A stretch of DNA of 64,000 bases, taken from contig OZ024741.1 of NCBI GenBank assembly GCA_964016885.1, positions 206,894,001 through 206,958,000 of the forward strand, in the 5' to 3' direction. The position numbers and the translations under genes are program-made. This DNA comes from Eledone cirrhosa (taxonomy: Eukaryota). Positions 1 to 16,079 of the stretch are shown here, in pieces. The notes beneath the pieces are model-generated. The model was not told where the DNA came from. It did no database searches and saw only the letters and a list, made by a program, of their open reading frames with translations. The first letter of the stretch is position 1. Every line of letters starts with the position of its first letter.

Positions 1-2150
1 GCACCACCATGTTATTCGATCTCAAACAGATGTATACCGCTTTTCAGCAGCACTTCACCCAAGTGTTCGGGAGCAGTGGAGGGCCGGATCGTGGGATTGA
101 CATTACTACCTACCTCGATGGCCTGTCGCGACTCGCAACAGAATGTTGCAAAAGTCAATAACAGCCGCTGAAATACGGGAGACAATAACTAACTAAACGA
201 AGGGGAAATCGCCTGGTTTAGATTGTCTGTCCTACGAGCTTTACGTTTCTATGCCAGACTTGTTCGGTGACCTCTTGGCAGACGTCTACTGCAACCGGCA
301 ACAGAACAAGAGAATTCCCAGTTCTGTGAGCCGTGGTGCAGAAAAGACCCGAAAAAAGGAGATTATATTGATCATTTTAGGCCCATAATTCTACTGAATA
401 CAGAGTTCAAAATTTGGGCCATGGAGTTAGCGATAAGGTAGGCGCTTGTCGGTGGTCTGGTAGGGAAGGCACAGACATGTGCCATTTCGAAGAGATCCAT
501 ACACGATTACTTTATCTGATAAATCATAATGAGGTTGGCTAAGGAACTTGGCACGGATGGGGTACTGATCAATTTAGATCAATCAAAAGCACTCGAGAGG
601 GTCGACCATCAGTACCTGGAGGCGGTCCTCAAAGCAGCCGGCTTTGGGCCCATTTTCAGAGGATGGATTGCTTCTATGCACATGGACATCTGCTCTGCGA
701 TTAGAGTGAACGCTCACCTCTCGTAACCGTTCAACATTATGCGTTCGTTTGCCAAGGTTGTTCCCTCTCGTCTCTGTTTTATTTTTTTACTTACGAGCCA
801 CTAATGCACAAATTGGAGACTCTTAGAGGCATCTCGAGTGAACTAGGACATGGGAGATCTGTGTCAGCTTATGCCGACGACGTCACCGAGGTAATGTCCA
901 GCATCAAACATATTGAGGTAATCAGCACCACTCTGACGAAATATGAAGCGCTGACAGGAGCAAAAATTAACAAGGAAAAGTCTCTAGGACTACAACTCGG
1001 CACCTGAAGAGGCAGGTCCATGCCCTCCAACAGCGTTGTCGGGCGTTGGACAGACGAATAGGTTAAATTGTTCGTGTCTGATTCTGTCCAGACCTTCAGA
1101 TTGACAAAAACTGGGACGAGGTAACAAACAGAGTGCCCAATCTCACTTACAAATGCGCCGAGAGATCGGGCAGAGGTGGCGAATGCGTACATCACAATAG
1201 TCATCTACTCTCACTTGACCGCCGTGCCTTGTCCTTAGCTACACCTGACTGCACTGAAGCGTTTGCTCTTTCGTTTCTTGTTGAAGATACGCGTTCCGAT
1301 GGTCAGGCCGTCCATCTGCGTGGAGGAGTGGGAATACAGTGGCTGATGATGCGCAGACATGCACCGAAGCTACCATATCTCCATCCTTTGCTAGACACAT
1401 GTTTCCGCAACTCGTCTCCTTGTTTCGTCTCCCAGCTGCAGTACTGGTTAAATGCCGTCAAGAAAAGACCGAGAAGGAGCGCTTGTAAACTAAAATGTCT
1501 TCAAGGGCTCACAGTCCTCTACCAATCGGGCAGTACGATCGGTGGAAATACTCCTTGGAGTTCTATAGAAGGTTAGAGGCGGAAGAAAGCGACGACGTTC
1601 TGGGGAAACTCTGAGCATCGGCGAAAATCATCTAGCCACTCATTACTCAAGGACTTTTGATCTAGGGCCCATGGACAATTTCCAGAAATCCCTGGCTTGG
1701 CAATGCTACCGGGGAGCTTTGTCAGTTCAGGATAAACTCTACGGACATGGAAATGCCGTCAGCTGAACCTGTCCGAAATGCGCGCAGGGCGACGAAACCG
1801 TCCTACACGCACTCGTCTAGTGTCTAAGCATTGATGACCTGTGGGTTTATGTCGAATACCGGCTGTCGCGTGTAAGACGAATCTAGCTAATGATTGGTCC
1901 CGCCGTCTTTCTTTAGTCAGAATGATCATGCTCTTTTTATCTGTCTGGTGGCCATGGCAAAAAAGATTGTATGGTGGACATGTTTGAAAGTGTTGAAGAA
2001 CAGTACTTTCCTCTTCGACGAAACCCTGATAAACTTTTTCAGATTTACTAGAATAGAAAAATCAGGGTAGAGAGGGACGTGCTGCCTTACAAGCAGTTTG
2101 TTGTAAGGTGGGTGAAAGCAGCATACATCACGGCATTCTATCGACTTAGC
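1..2150 (+). mobile_element. Decayed L1/Tx1-clade LINE ORF2 (RT plus C-terminal zinc finger), 5' part outside window
   Basis: ORF pieces LDQSKALERVDHQYL (529-726), SAYADDVT and GAKINKEKS (804-1007); CPKC..ETVLHAL..C finger near 1770-1825; many stops and frameshifts. Confidence 0.85.
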
Positions 2151-2224
2151 CAATACGTCGCTTTGAATACATAGATAAACAATAACAGAAATGTGTGTGC
2201 TACGAGTTTGTTCCACAGGATTAA

Positions 2225-2898
2225 CCATCAGCATTACCATCACCGGCACCTTCATCAACATCACCGTCAACAACATCACCATCACCATCATCAACGTCAT
2301 CATCATCAACATCACTACCATCAATATCATCACCAAAACATCCCCATGTTCATGATCATGATGATCATCATCATCAGCAGCATCACTATTGTCATCAACA
2401 TACCCATCATCCCCACCACCACCACCATCACAATCATCATTATCATTAATTTAATTACAATTTTAATCATAATAATTATTTATAATTATTCCGAACTTGA
2501 GCGCTTTTTTAGCATAGCAACAAATAAAAGACACCACTACCAATAATAACCACAAACAACAGCTACTACTACTACTACTACTACTACTACTGCTGCTACT
2601 ACTACTACTACTTCTACTGCTGCTGCTACTACTACTACTACTACTACTGCTGCTGCTGCTATTGCTGCTGCTACTAAGGCTACTACTACTGCTGCTACTA
2701 CTACTTCTGTTATAACTACTACTAATACTACTACTGCTGCTGCTGCTACTACTACTACTACTACTAATACTACTGCCGCTGCTACTACTACTACTGCTAC
2801 TAATACTACTGCTGCTGCTACTACTACTACTACTACTAATACTAATACTACTGCTGCTGCTGCTGCTGCTACTACTACTACTAATACTACTGCTGCTG

Positions 2899-2931
<33 letters not shown>

Positions 2932-2943
2932 ATACTACTGCTG

Positions 2944-2984
<41 letters not shown>

Positions 2985-3110
2985 GCTGCTACTGCTGCTG
3001 CTGCTACTACTGCTGCTGCTACTGCTACTACTACTACTACTACTATTACTACTACTACTGCTATTCCTGATGCTGCTGCTGCTGCTACTGCTACTACTAC
3101 TACTACTACA
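2225..3110. repeat. Compound trinucleotide microsatellites: (CAT/CAC)n then (CTA/CTG)n
   Basis: Direct reading; explains the poly-H, poly-M and poly-V/A ORFs. Confidence 0.95.
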
Positions 3111-3491
3111 AATGAAAAGACTATTGCTGTTAATGTTTCTGTTTCTGATATTGGTGTTGTTGCCATTAGTGTAGATGTTGCTGTATTAATACTACTATTG
3201 TGAGTATAACACGTTATCAGAGATAACACTTGTGTTGGACTGTGCGACAGACATCGAGAGAAAGGGAAATAAAGAGGTGCCCCAGCATGGCCTCAGCCGG
3301 ATGGCTGAAACAGGTAAAAGAGTAAAAGAGTATAAAAAGAAAGAGAAAGAGAGAGAGGGAGAGAGAGAGAGTGAGAGAGAGAGAGAGAAGGGAGAGGGAA
3401 AGATATTTGTAAGCAAGTATGATTGTTACACGATTGTATGTCGAAATTAACACTTGTATATAAATACAAACAAGCACACAGACACACATAT

Positions 3492-3527
<36 letters not shown>

Positions 3528-3532
<5 letters not shown>

Positions 3533-3681
3533 CGAAGGAAATGTGGTAAGGAACCAGGTGGACCATAACGCACCAAAGTACTCAATACTTGGGGTAGTAG
3601 AGTGGGTAATAGGAACCAGTAAGACCCCAGAATTAGCCGTCGAAACGGCTTGAGCTCAGCCGTCGGGGTCTTACTGGTTCC

Positions 3682-3684
<3 letters not shown>
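3528..3684. mobile_element. Family A fold-back insertion in (TA)n with 3' half of a hammerhead (GAAA-CGGC..GCCG-UC)
   Basis: Inverted arms AGGAACCAGTAAGACCCC/GGGGTCTTACTGGTTCCT; near-identical to 58721-58920; partial copy 3765-3840; relatives at 24150-24272 and 37128-37345. Confidence 0.75.
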
Positions 3685-3742
<58 letters not shown>

Positions 3743-3841
3743 ATTTGTGTGTATACATATATATATAACGAAGGAGTTGTGGTAAGGAACCAGATGGACC
3801 ATAACGCACCAGACTACTCTATACTTAGGGTAGTAGCATTT

Positions 3842-3908
<67 letters not shown>

Positions 3909-3909
<1 letters not shown>

Positions 3910-4068
3910 CGGACGCCTTGCTTTGCAGCATAGTTACGTCTCTTTACGGTCTGAGTTCAAATCCCGCCGAAGTTAACTTTGTCTTTCATCCTTACGGGGT
4001 CGATAAAATAAAGTACCAGTAATGTACTGGGTTATTGCTGGCCTTATGCCAAAAGTAGAAACAATTAT
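3909..4068 (+). mobile_element. tRNA-derived SINE, 5'-truncated
   Basis: B box GAGTTCAAATCC plus family body TTTCATCCTTACGGGGTCGATAAAATAAAGTACCAG. Confidence 0.85.
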
Positions 4069-4625
4069 TAAATAACTCTTTGTTTATATATTTATATATA
4101 CATAATACAGTTATAAAGATCATATATATTAGAAAAGTTATAATTCTCCACAGTTTTTAGTTACAAACTTTCCTGTAAAATGAATACACTGAAAACATAG
4201 TAGGCTTCATAACAAGCAACTTAAACTGACTATTAAAATTAGCATATAAATATTATCAGTTGGGGGGGGGGGGGGTTGACTATGGTATAGTGTCGGTGGC
4301 AGTGTATCTGTGTGTGTCTGTTTGTGTAAGTAACGTAATCACGCACACACACATATACAGACAAACAAATACAGACATAGATATACAAATACACACACAC
4401 ACACACACTCACTCACAATCTCACTCACTATCTCTCTCCCTTTTTCTCTCTCACCCTTTCTCTCTCTTACACACACATCACATATTTGTGAATACATTCA
4501 TTCATATTTTCCTACAGAAAGGCATAGGGATGATTTAAAATTATTGGCATCGTATTCCCATAGTCTCATGTTTAATCCTAATTCGGTGCAGCATATTGAA
4601 CTGGTGAATGTCTTCTAACAATTAA

Positions 4626-4785
4626 TTGGCCATCAATTACCCAGTGCATTACTGTTACTTTATATTATCGACCCCGTAAGGATGAAAGGCAAAGTTAACC
4701 TCGGCGGGAATTGAACTCAGAATGACAAGGGGCGTAACTCTATGCGTCAAAGCATAGTGTCTGACCCTCTACCGATACTGCAAAT
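4626..4785 (-). mobile_element. tRNA-derived SINE
   Basis: Reverse complement of the same family. Confidence 0.8.
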
Positions 4786-6429
4786 TAATAATCTAGCGTT
4801 AGCAACACTCAAGAAGTAACTGCACCAACTTCAAGAATTACGAATTAATATACGGTTGAATTAACGCCCTTAAGGAAGAATACAAGAGGGTTCGAGGTAA
4901 AGGACGGCTACGGACACAGCTACGAATTATAACCGCAACAGCATACCGTGGTCCTACATGTCACGAGGCTCATCTCTATCAATAACTACATACATACACA
5001 CATACACACACATATATATACATATATATATAGAGAGAGAGAACAGTTAAGAGGAGACGGATAACAGAGAGAACGACTGTATTGGATATGTTGTCTGGTA
5101 TGAGGAGTAACCGTAATGTGTGTGAGAGAGACATAAAAAAGAAAACAACCATAAAACTTGCTTATTATGTTGGGGGAGTAAACCACAGATTAAATGTTAG
5201 CTTTGGCCTTGGATTTTAAATGTTGTGAACTAGCCATAGTCAATATGATCTTTTTCAGTTCCAAAGGACATCATCTGAAACACAGCAATATACCGCATAA
5301 CATTGCTTCTGAAGTGTTTAACTTCGTTAGTACGGTCTGTAAATAGTATATTGATAAAAGCTGGAGGGTAGATTAATTTCAAATAGTATCAATTTTTCTG
5401 TGTTCTGTAAAATCAAAGCCCGTAAAACGACTTTATAAAAGCTAACGCAATATTGTTAAACTTTCAACTGAAACTTTGATCTATAGTTTAAGCCGAATCT
5501 AGACTTTTGTGGGACGTCATCCTCTCTCTCTCTCACTCTCTCTCTCTCTCTCTCTCTCTGAATATCTAACACTTTAATTGTATCTGCCTCTGTATAACTG
5601 CCTATCTCTCTCTCTCTCTCTTTAAATGTGTGTGTATGTATTTGTGTGTGTATGTGTGTGTGTAGTTTTCATGTGATTCAACCAACCAAACAAGCAACCA
5701 ACCAATAAACATCTCTCTTTTATATCATAGATTACTCCTTTCATCATGTGACTTTCGTGGAAGCTGAGCCGCTGACAAGGTCTTTGTCATTGTTGGCGGT
5801 TCGCCTTATTGATGTACCAGGTAATATTTGTGAAATTGCTTGGCTACTCCACCACCTTAGCCTTCTTTTCACCAATGATAAGGCCGCGAGTGTCTGAGTT
5901 TCTTTCAAAATTTTTTTATATGGGAACATCAGCATATCTTGTTGCAGAGTAATTTGATGAAACAAGTGGACTTCATAGATTTGGTTCAACAGACTACTAA
6001 TTTGTGATTGGTTAAACGTAACATCTAACAAGGATAACTCTAAAATGGTCATGTGCTTTTGTTAAACTGTATTATTTGAGAGGGATTTGGCTGCAATTTC
6101 GAGTAACTATTAATGGTTTCTTCGTTGGATCATTGATGTTCTAGTTGTGAGGCCGAAAAAAGAAAGAAAAAAAGAAGAAAAAGAAAAAACAAATGCTTAT
6201 TGTCATATAAAATATATTTTATATGTATATAAGTACTACAGTGATCAGTTTTCTGAAATATTAAGGTGACTGACTTACAAAAGTGAATCATTCGTTGTAC
6301 TATGATAATAATAATAATAATAATAATAATGAAATATTGTGTACAGTGCTCAGGTGCACTACAACTCATCAAAAAGTGTATGTATAGTACATAGGGTAAT
6401 GTACAAACATCAGGAAAATGAACAGTGCA

Positions 6430-7506
6430 TGAGTCATGATATACACATGTGTGCATGTGTATGGAAGGGGTACATCAGGTGTAGTTTGGCGTATTTCGGG
6501 AAGCATGAGGGTTTTAAAGGATGCAGTGTCTCGGCAGCTAACAACTGACGCAGGCAGTTTGCTCCATGCTTCAGCAACTCTAAGCGTGAAAAAATGTCTA
6601 CGAAAGTCATGGGAGCTGTGCTGTTTTCTGATTTTGTAGGCATGTCCACGTGTGTTAGACACATGGAGATCAAAAAGGTGCTCAGGGTTGTTGTTGGCGA
6701 GATGGTTAATAACTTTGTGGGTATTTACCAAGTCCATTGCCAGACGTCGGAGCTTCAATGAATCCATGCCCAGGGAAGCAAGGCGTTCAGAGTATGGTAG
6801 GTGTCTGATGGAGGGTATGCGCTTGGTTGCACGTCTCTGAACAGTTTCCAGGAGGTCAATGTTCTGAGCAAGATAGGGGTTCCAGACTGATGATGCGAAT
6901 TCCAAGTGTGGTCGTACCATAGCTGTATACAGTTTTAAATAGATGGCTGGAGAGCGGCTAACAAAGGTCTTGCTGAGTGATGCCAAGACACCCTCGGCCT
7001 TCTTGACAATCTTAGAGACATGCTTTGTCCAACGCAAATCGCTGCTGACAGTAATGCCCAGGTCACGTTCACAAGAGGACTTCTTGATATCAGTGTTGTG
7101 GAGGGATTATGTGGACGCTGGATTTTTCCTCCCCAAATGCATGGCGGTACACTTGTCCACAGCCAGCTTCAGTTGCCAGTCTGTGATCCATTGCTGCATT
7201 GTGTCCAGGTCTGATTGTAGGAAAGAGTTGTAGATTTCAGGATCAGTCCTTTTGATTTCAAGGTACAGCTTGATGTCATCTGCATATTTCAGTACCATGG
7301 TATTCTGTAAGTTGGCATGTATGTCATTAATATATGCCACAAACAAAAGGGGACCAAGAACAGATCCCTGTGGTACACGAGATGACATCTCATATGGTGA
7401 AGAATGCTGTCCTAGAAACGTGACTACCTCTTTTCGGCTGAGAATGAAGAATTTCAACCAGTCGAAAAGATCATCCCTCGCACCCATTGCAGAGAGTTTT
7501 GCCATA
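6430..7506 (-). mobile_element. 5'-truncated CR1-like LINE, RT C-terminal half, frameshifted
   Basis: VPQGSVLGPLLF..YIND, KYADD (7107-7505); VRPHLEFA..VW.P, VQRRATK, TRGH, FF..RV..W..LP (6369-7037). Confidence 0.92.
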
Positions 7507-7849
7507 AGTCTTTTGTGTACGTTAATTTTAGTATTTTTGTTATTACTGTTGTTTCAGTGTCGAGTGTAATAGTAACTTAAAACAAAGATTAAACGTAGTT
7601 AGTTGATAGGATTGGTTAGAATTTTGAATGTGAGATTCATGGTTTTCCTATGATTTGTTATATTTAGAACGAATATGGCCTTCAAAACCATCGTAAATTA
7701 ATATTTTCTGTGGTTCCCACACCCGAGTACTCCATAACACCAGTATCAGAGACGGTGCAATCATAAAAATAACCTTAAATTTTGTTACTGTAACTTTCAA
7801 ATATAATTAAACGCAGAATGACTGGGAACAGATCAATATTTTAATTTGA

Positions 7850-8063
7850 ATTGGCAGTATCGGTAGAGCGTCGGACAGTATGCTTTATGCCATAGAGTTA
7901 CGACCCTTTACGATCTGAGTTCAAAACCTGCCCAAGTTAGCTTTGCCTTTCATCCTTACGGGGGTCTATAAAATAAAGTACCAGTAATGCACCGGAGTCG
8001 ATTTAATCGACTTTCTCCTTCCTCAAAATTGTTGGCCTTCTGCCTAAATCAGAAACCAATATT
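7850..8063 (+). mobile_element. tRNA-derived SINE
   Basis: A box TGGCAGTATCGG, B box GAGTTCAAAACC, family body. Confidence 0.85.
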
Positions 8064-8278
8064 TTACATCATTTTACACAATAGGTCTCTCAAATATTGT
8101 CTTATTTATTCATTTTCTAGTATTTATTTATTTCCCAGAAATGCACGCGCGCCTACACACACACACCGCTTTTCAGTATAAAAAAAAATTAACAACATCT
8201 TTTGTTTTATTTTCTCTTTCCATATATTCGTCTTTCACTTTCCAGAATTACGTTTAACTCTACTAATAATAATTATTA

Positions 8279-8452
8279 TTTCTACTTTTGGCCAGCAATT
8301 ATCCTAGTGCATTACTGGTACTTTATTTTATCGACCCCGTAAGGATGAAAGGCAAAGTTAACCTCGGCCGGATTTGAACTCAGACCATAAAGGGCCGTAA
8401 CTCTTTGCTGCAAAGCATGGCGTCCGACCCTCTACCGATATTGCCATTCCAC
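8279..8452 (-). mobile_element. tRNA-derived SINE
   Basis: Reverse complement of the same family. Confidence 0.85.
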
Positions 8453-8580
8453 TAATAATAATGATTTCATTTATTGGCCAATTCCAAATATAATATTAAC
8501 CTTTTTTCAAAATATAAACTTTCCTTCTTCATCATTATTATATTGTAGTGGTGGTGCTTGGCGGTATGTTTATATATGTA

Positions 8581-10617
<2,037 letters not shown>

Positions 10618-10951
10618 AATAAGAATTCGCTTCAAGCATAGCTCTCTGCAAATATGTATAGAAATTTCGTATTTCTAAAGAAACACGCTTTTAGGAAGCC
10701 GTAGCTATGCATTCACCGGGGCTAACACCCTCTTGTGGTGTCCAGTAGAAGCAAGGGGGACAACCTTGCTTCTGCTGGGTGAAATATATATAACGGAGTT
10801 TTAAATAAACCTAAATCAACTGAATATAGCCTCTAATCTTTTATATATATAGTGGCAGAACATTGGTGGGTTATATCCGCAGTAGTAGAGCACTCAGTCC
10901 ATGGGACGAGTTTGGTAGTAGTAGTTCCACAACAGTTTATATATATATAAA

Positions 10952-11538
10952 CTAGCCGAATTACCCGCGCCTTGATGCGTTTCACACATTTTTTTTGTAA
11001 GAAAATTATGATTGATTTTAAATCAGTGATATCATTTATGAAAAACTTTGCATTTCAATATTAATCAATGTAAATGTAATGCATGAACAATTGGAAAACA
11101 TTATTTTTTGTAATATATCAAATCAAAATTACATTATTAAATCTTATTCTTATTTTGTTTCTTGTAAATAATTTTTTTCAAAATATCAATTCAAAACCTT
11201 TGTGAATAGGCATCATACCTTGTCATTTACCTATGGTTTAAATTTCATATAAATCGAAGGGAAAAGATTTTCAGCAGGGGTTTGTGCCCCCGGGAAACCC
11301 TAATAGGGGGTTTAACCCCCATTAGGGTGTCTTAATATTATTGAAATTTGCTTAATATTATTGAAATTTGCTGAAATTTTGTGAATAGGCATCATATCTT
11401 GTCATTTAACTATGGTATACATTTCATATAAATCGAAGTTAATTTTAACGTGTTGACTTACACGTCTTCATAAATATACCCCAGAGTAAACTTCGCCGAG
11501 TGCTCTAACCTGCATACTGAAGTGTCGGTAAATAACTA
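10952..11538 (-). mobile_element. Helitron-like remnant with internal duplication
   Basis: Minus-strand hairpin CGCATCAAGGCGCG then CTAG/T; duplicated block 11198-11258 vs 11378-11438. Confidence 0.4.
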
Positions 11539-11554
11539 ACACATACACGAATTA

Positions 11555-11636
<82 letters not shown>

Positions 11637-12539
11637 GGTTTACAAAAGTCACTGATGTTACTACAGCGATCTTCAGCCATGAATCTCTCAATGAATCAAT
11701 AAGGTTGCAGCTTTGGAACTGTATGTCAATGTTTAGAGTGCACACATAGTAATTAAATAGTGAGTTCGGTGGCTGTGTTTAGGTGAAGATACGTTATGTA
11801 TCTAGCTCCTGGACGGATTCCGCTTCTGTCCAGCAACAGTTCTTAAAACAGCAGTGTGCACAAAACAGCGTAGTAGCAGCCGATATTAGGCAATTGGGTA
11901 ATTGCACGTCCTCAGCAGGTCAACGTCTAACTCCGTATATAGGTCATTAGTGTGTGCATACTTGTATTGCTCCAATAATAAATCTAGCAGCCCAATGCTA
12001 CCATGACACGTGGCCTCTAGAAGACCATTGTATGAGACTAAACACGTTATGAGGAGGGGTGAATTCAAAAGGTGGAATTCCGGCAATAGAGAACTCAACC
12101 AGGAAGGTGCATACATATTATATATATACATATCTAGATATACGTATTTACATAGATATATACGCAAGTAAAGGCTGACTAGTAATATAAAGTCGAACAT
12201 TCAATACTCAATATATAAACAAAACAAAGAAATACGGAAAGCTCTAACCTCGTATTCCTGGCGAAATCACAATGCAAACAGATACTGCCGGAAGAAGAAT
12301 AACGAAGGCAGGTCCCGAACACAAATCACAGAGAGGCGGAAAAATAACTCTAACAATTGATCTATTATCATGACTGCAAGCTTATGAGTGAACACAGTAA
12401 CGGTATGAGGGAGAAACAGAACACACACACACACACACACGCACACACACACATATATATATATATATACACACATGTATATATATATATATATAATATT
12501 AAAATACAAATATTAATAAAATAGATGTTCTTTTTATCA

Positions 12540-12602
12540 ATTACATTTTATTATACATATTTCAGATGTACAACAGTACGTCCTCATCAGACAAAATATA
12601 AT
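12540..12602 (-). ncRNA. Minimal type I hammerhead ribozyme (family C), left arm of inverted insertion 12495-13270
   Basis: 12-bp stem I ATTATATTTTGT/ATAAAATGTAAT, CUGAUGA, stem II GGACGTAC/GTACATCT, GAAA, palindromic TATGTA, AUA site. Confidence 0.8.
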
Positions 12603-13066
12603 GATACAAGACATACCCTGAGATGTTAAATGGTTTAAAAGTTATCCTCATAAAATTCCGAAGTTTAGAAATGTTAAAACACTTATTGAATTTACAAAAC
12701 TAATAAATAACCTGCAATTTAAAAAAAAAACCCCTAAAATCTTGATTCTTCACCCTAAAATAGCATAAATTAAATATTTTCAAACTTAACCGTTTAACTT
12801 TCGGAAAATCTCCTTCTACATATATTCCCTCTCTCTATATATATTATCTCAGCGGCTCTCATTGACCGCTTTCCCTGATAAATTGTAGTATCATACATTT
12901 TAAAATCTCTATAACTGTTACATTAAGCAACGTTTTTCTTACTCACACATTCTCTATTGAATTTATTATGTTTTCGCATTTTCTCATTATTAGGGTAGAA
13001 ATGTTAAGCTTTCTCCTACCTTGATTAAATCTTAACCATTTAACATCTCAGGGTATGTAATGTATC

Positions 13067-13129
13067 ATTATATTTTGTCTGATGAGGACGTACTGTTGTA
13101 CATCTGAAATATGTATATTAAAATGTAAT
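13067..13129 (+). ncRNA. Minimal type I hammerhead ribozyme (family C), right arm
   Basis: CTGATGA 13079-13085, GAAA 13106-13109; one stem I mismatch next to the cleavage site. Confidence 0.75.
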
Positions 13130-13269
13130 TGATAAAAAGAACATCTATTTTATTAATATTTGTATTTTAATATTAATAACTCTGGAAAATTATTTTTTCC
13201 TTAGAGTGCTTCCAATCTACTGTAAAACTCATTCTTTGATATACTCATTGAATATTGTTCAACTCTTTA

Positions 13270-13308
<39 letters not shown>

Positions 13309-13420
13309 CAGGGAGAAAAAGACGATTATTAGGAAGAAAACATTTTTTTTTTCCCTTTTTATTTATTTCTCTCTTTTTTCTGGGTTAGAAATATGTTACA
13401 TGCATACATATACACACACA

Positions 13421-13515
<95 letters not shown>

Positions 13516-13528
13516 TTTACATCAAAAA

Positions 13529-13741
13529 GGGTGGGCCAGAATTCATGACTCGCTTGTTAGTTACATTTCTCAACATGCTTATTTTATTGTTATCGTATTG
13601 TTTTAATTAAATGGTGCTTACTGTATCTTGATCATGATCTTATGCCTGTATATGGTATTATATTGCTTGACTTGTTTGATAACATTTTGTGTTAATAGAT
13701 CTATAAATAATCAAATGAGTCATGAATTCTGGCCCACCCGG
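13529..13741. mobile_element. MITE with 23-bp terminal inverted repeats (Tc1/mariner-like)
   Basis: GGGTGGGCCAGAATTCATGACTC at 13529-13551 and exact reverse complement at 13717-13739; TA follows the right end. Confidence 0.8.
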
Positions 13742-14684
13742 TATAATATATATGTGTGCGTGATTGGGTCAATTTAAATATAAAATAGATTATGCAAACA
13801 TAAATTCAAGTAAAAAAATATATAATGTAATCAATTTATCCCATGTACAATTGTTCAATCGATGGCATAAATTCGTTCTGTATCCCCCCATCTCTATTTT
13901 TCTATTTGCTTTATCTCTTTAAACTCTTCAACACTTACTCTTTCTCATCAATATCTATTTGTTTTCCTTTTCTTTCCAGGAATGTTTTCCACCCTGCTTT
14001 CTCTCTCTTTGTTAATGTATCGCATTCTTATAATCTTCTAACCCTTTCATTATTTCTAATTCTGTTTCCAACGCTGTCGTATCAGTAGTTACTATGGCAA
14101 CTGTGACGCAACCGAGAGGAACGCATGAGACACCAACCACTAAGACATTAAGTTTTATAGGTTTCAAACGTCCAATTTACGCTATGTTGTCCTCAAGAAC
14201 GTTTTTTCTCGTTTACTTTGCTTCGCCTCCCTTTCCTAGACCTGTCGCCACCTTTTATTCAAAACTTTTACCCAATTCTTCCACCTGTCTTAAACACTAG
14301 CACACTATATGCTTTTGGGTGATATTCTTCCAACATATGGTTTAATTGTGGTTTCTAATTTAGACACCAGGCCAGCGGAGGGGAATGGAACGTCGATTAT
14401 ATAGTGCTTGACCGGTACATTATGTTGTCGACTTATGAAAGGATGAAAGGGAATGTTCACCTTAGTGGGATTATATTTCATAGAATAAGCTAGCGGAACG
14501 AATAGTGTAAAACGATCTGATAGCTTATCTCATTCTCTCTCTCTCTCGCTCTCTCGCTCGCTCGCTCGCTCGCGCTCTCTCTTTGTCCCTCTCTTTCTCT
14601 CTCTCTTTCTCTCTCCCACTCTCTCCTCTCCCACTCTCTCCTCTCTCCCTCTCTCCCTCTCTCCCTCTTTCTCTGTATATATAT

Positions 14685-14786
<102 letters not shown>

Positions 14787-15260
14787 ATATTTTACGATGG
14801 ACTTTTCGTCAAATCGGACCGAGGAAACAATGTTTCCATTGGTCTTTCCAATTGCTAATACTATCTATCGGTCGCAACTCCAGGTAGAAGGAGCAACGTG
14901 AAATAAAGTGTCTTGCTCAAGGACATAACGCATCGCCCAGTCCGATATATATTAATGGGTTATAAGATGTTGACTAGCAATCAGTAAACGATGATGCGAT
15001 TAGTTTCAAGCAGGCATCGTCATGTGTCTCATTCCAAATGCGATTTAGTGTTCCATGGCGTATGTATAGGAATATTAACGTTTTCTGTTTCCCGCCCTCT
15101 TGTTAGTAGTCTTTTCATTATTCTCCCTCACTTACATAACTCTTTCTAAGTCTGTTCCTAAAACTAAAACTACAATATTATATTAATAGTACTGTGACAA
15201 AAGTGACATTTCTGAGTGCCCTTCAGCATGACGGATCTCAATCAAATGGTTATAAACACT

Positions 15261-15305
<45 letters not shown>

Positions 15306-15316
15306 ACACACACACA

Positions 15317-15379
<63 letters not shown>

Positions 15380-16079
15380 CTGGTAGGTTGTACGTACCAA
15401 AGATCTTAGCCTTCAAATGATAGGAAACTCCTTTAGGTGTTAGTACTTCTATGTTCTTGGTGAAAGCTGCGCAACCTAGAGAGATTCGATACTGCGCAGC
15501 AACCATTCCATTGTTTTGTATATATGTATATGACTTATTTCTTTTTACAAATTATGTTAGTGCATATTCTTTTATTCTACTACTTCTTTTAGTCATTGTA
15601 CACTAGTCAGCCTGAGGCAATGCTGTCAAAGTATCTTAGTCGACAATAACGATCACATCTGGAACGTATGTTATCAAGCTCCATGTTTCAAAATGAAAAC
15701 ACCTCCCTCTACACATCTTTGCTCTGCTAAATTCAAATGACATGACATAGAGATTATACTAGAAACCACTTACTGAAGGCACTGATCTGGTGGATCGAAC
15801 CTGGATCTATGCTCTTCTATAGAAAATATCTTATGCATATGACCATTTCTGCATGTAGCCTCATATATTTTGTCTACCAAGGCGTTATATAGTCACTGTT
15901 CAATGAAGCCACAACAAATATGGTAGGTTTAGGCTAAGTATGGGTTGGACAGATGCGAAATTTGAACTCAAAACGCAATAAGTCGGAACAGAGACTGCGA
16001 AGCATTTCAATTCCTCTTAGCCATAGAAAGGTTTACAATATTTATCAGCACTGCAAGGATGAACGGAGAGTTTGACTTA

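Noticed and set aside
1926-3229. Long low-complexity ORFs (poly-H, poly-V/A, poly-M)
   Set aside because: Translations of trinucleotide microsatellites; likewise all [12 protein letters not shown] and ERER ORFs in the track
11632-12000. Possible mariner end (TA-CAGGGT) and remnant
   Set aside because: No matching second TIR or clear transposase motif found
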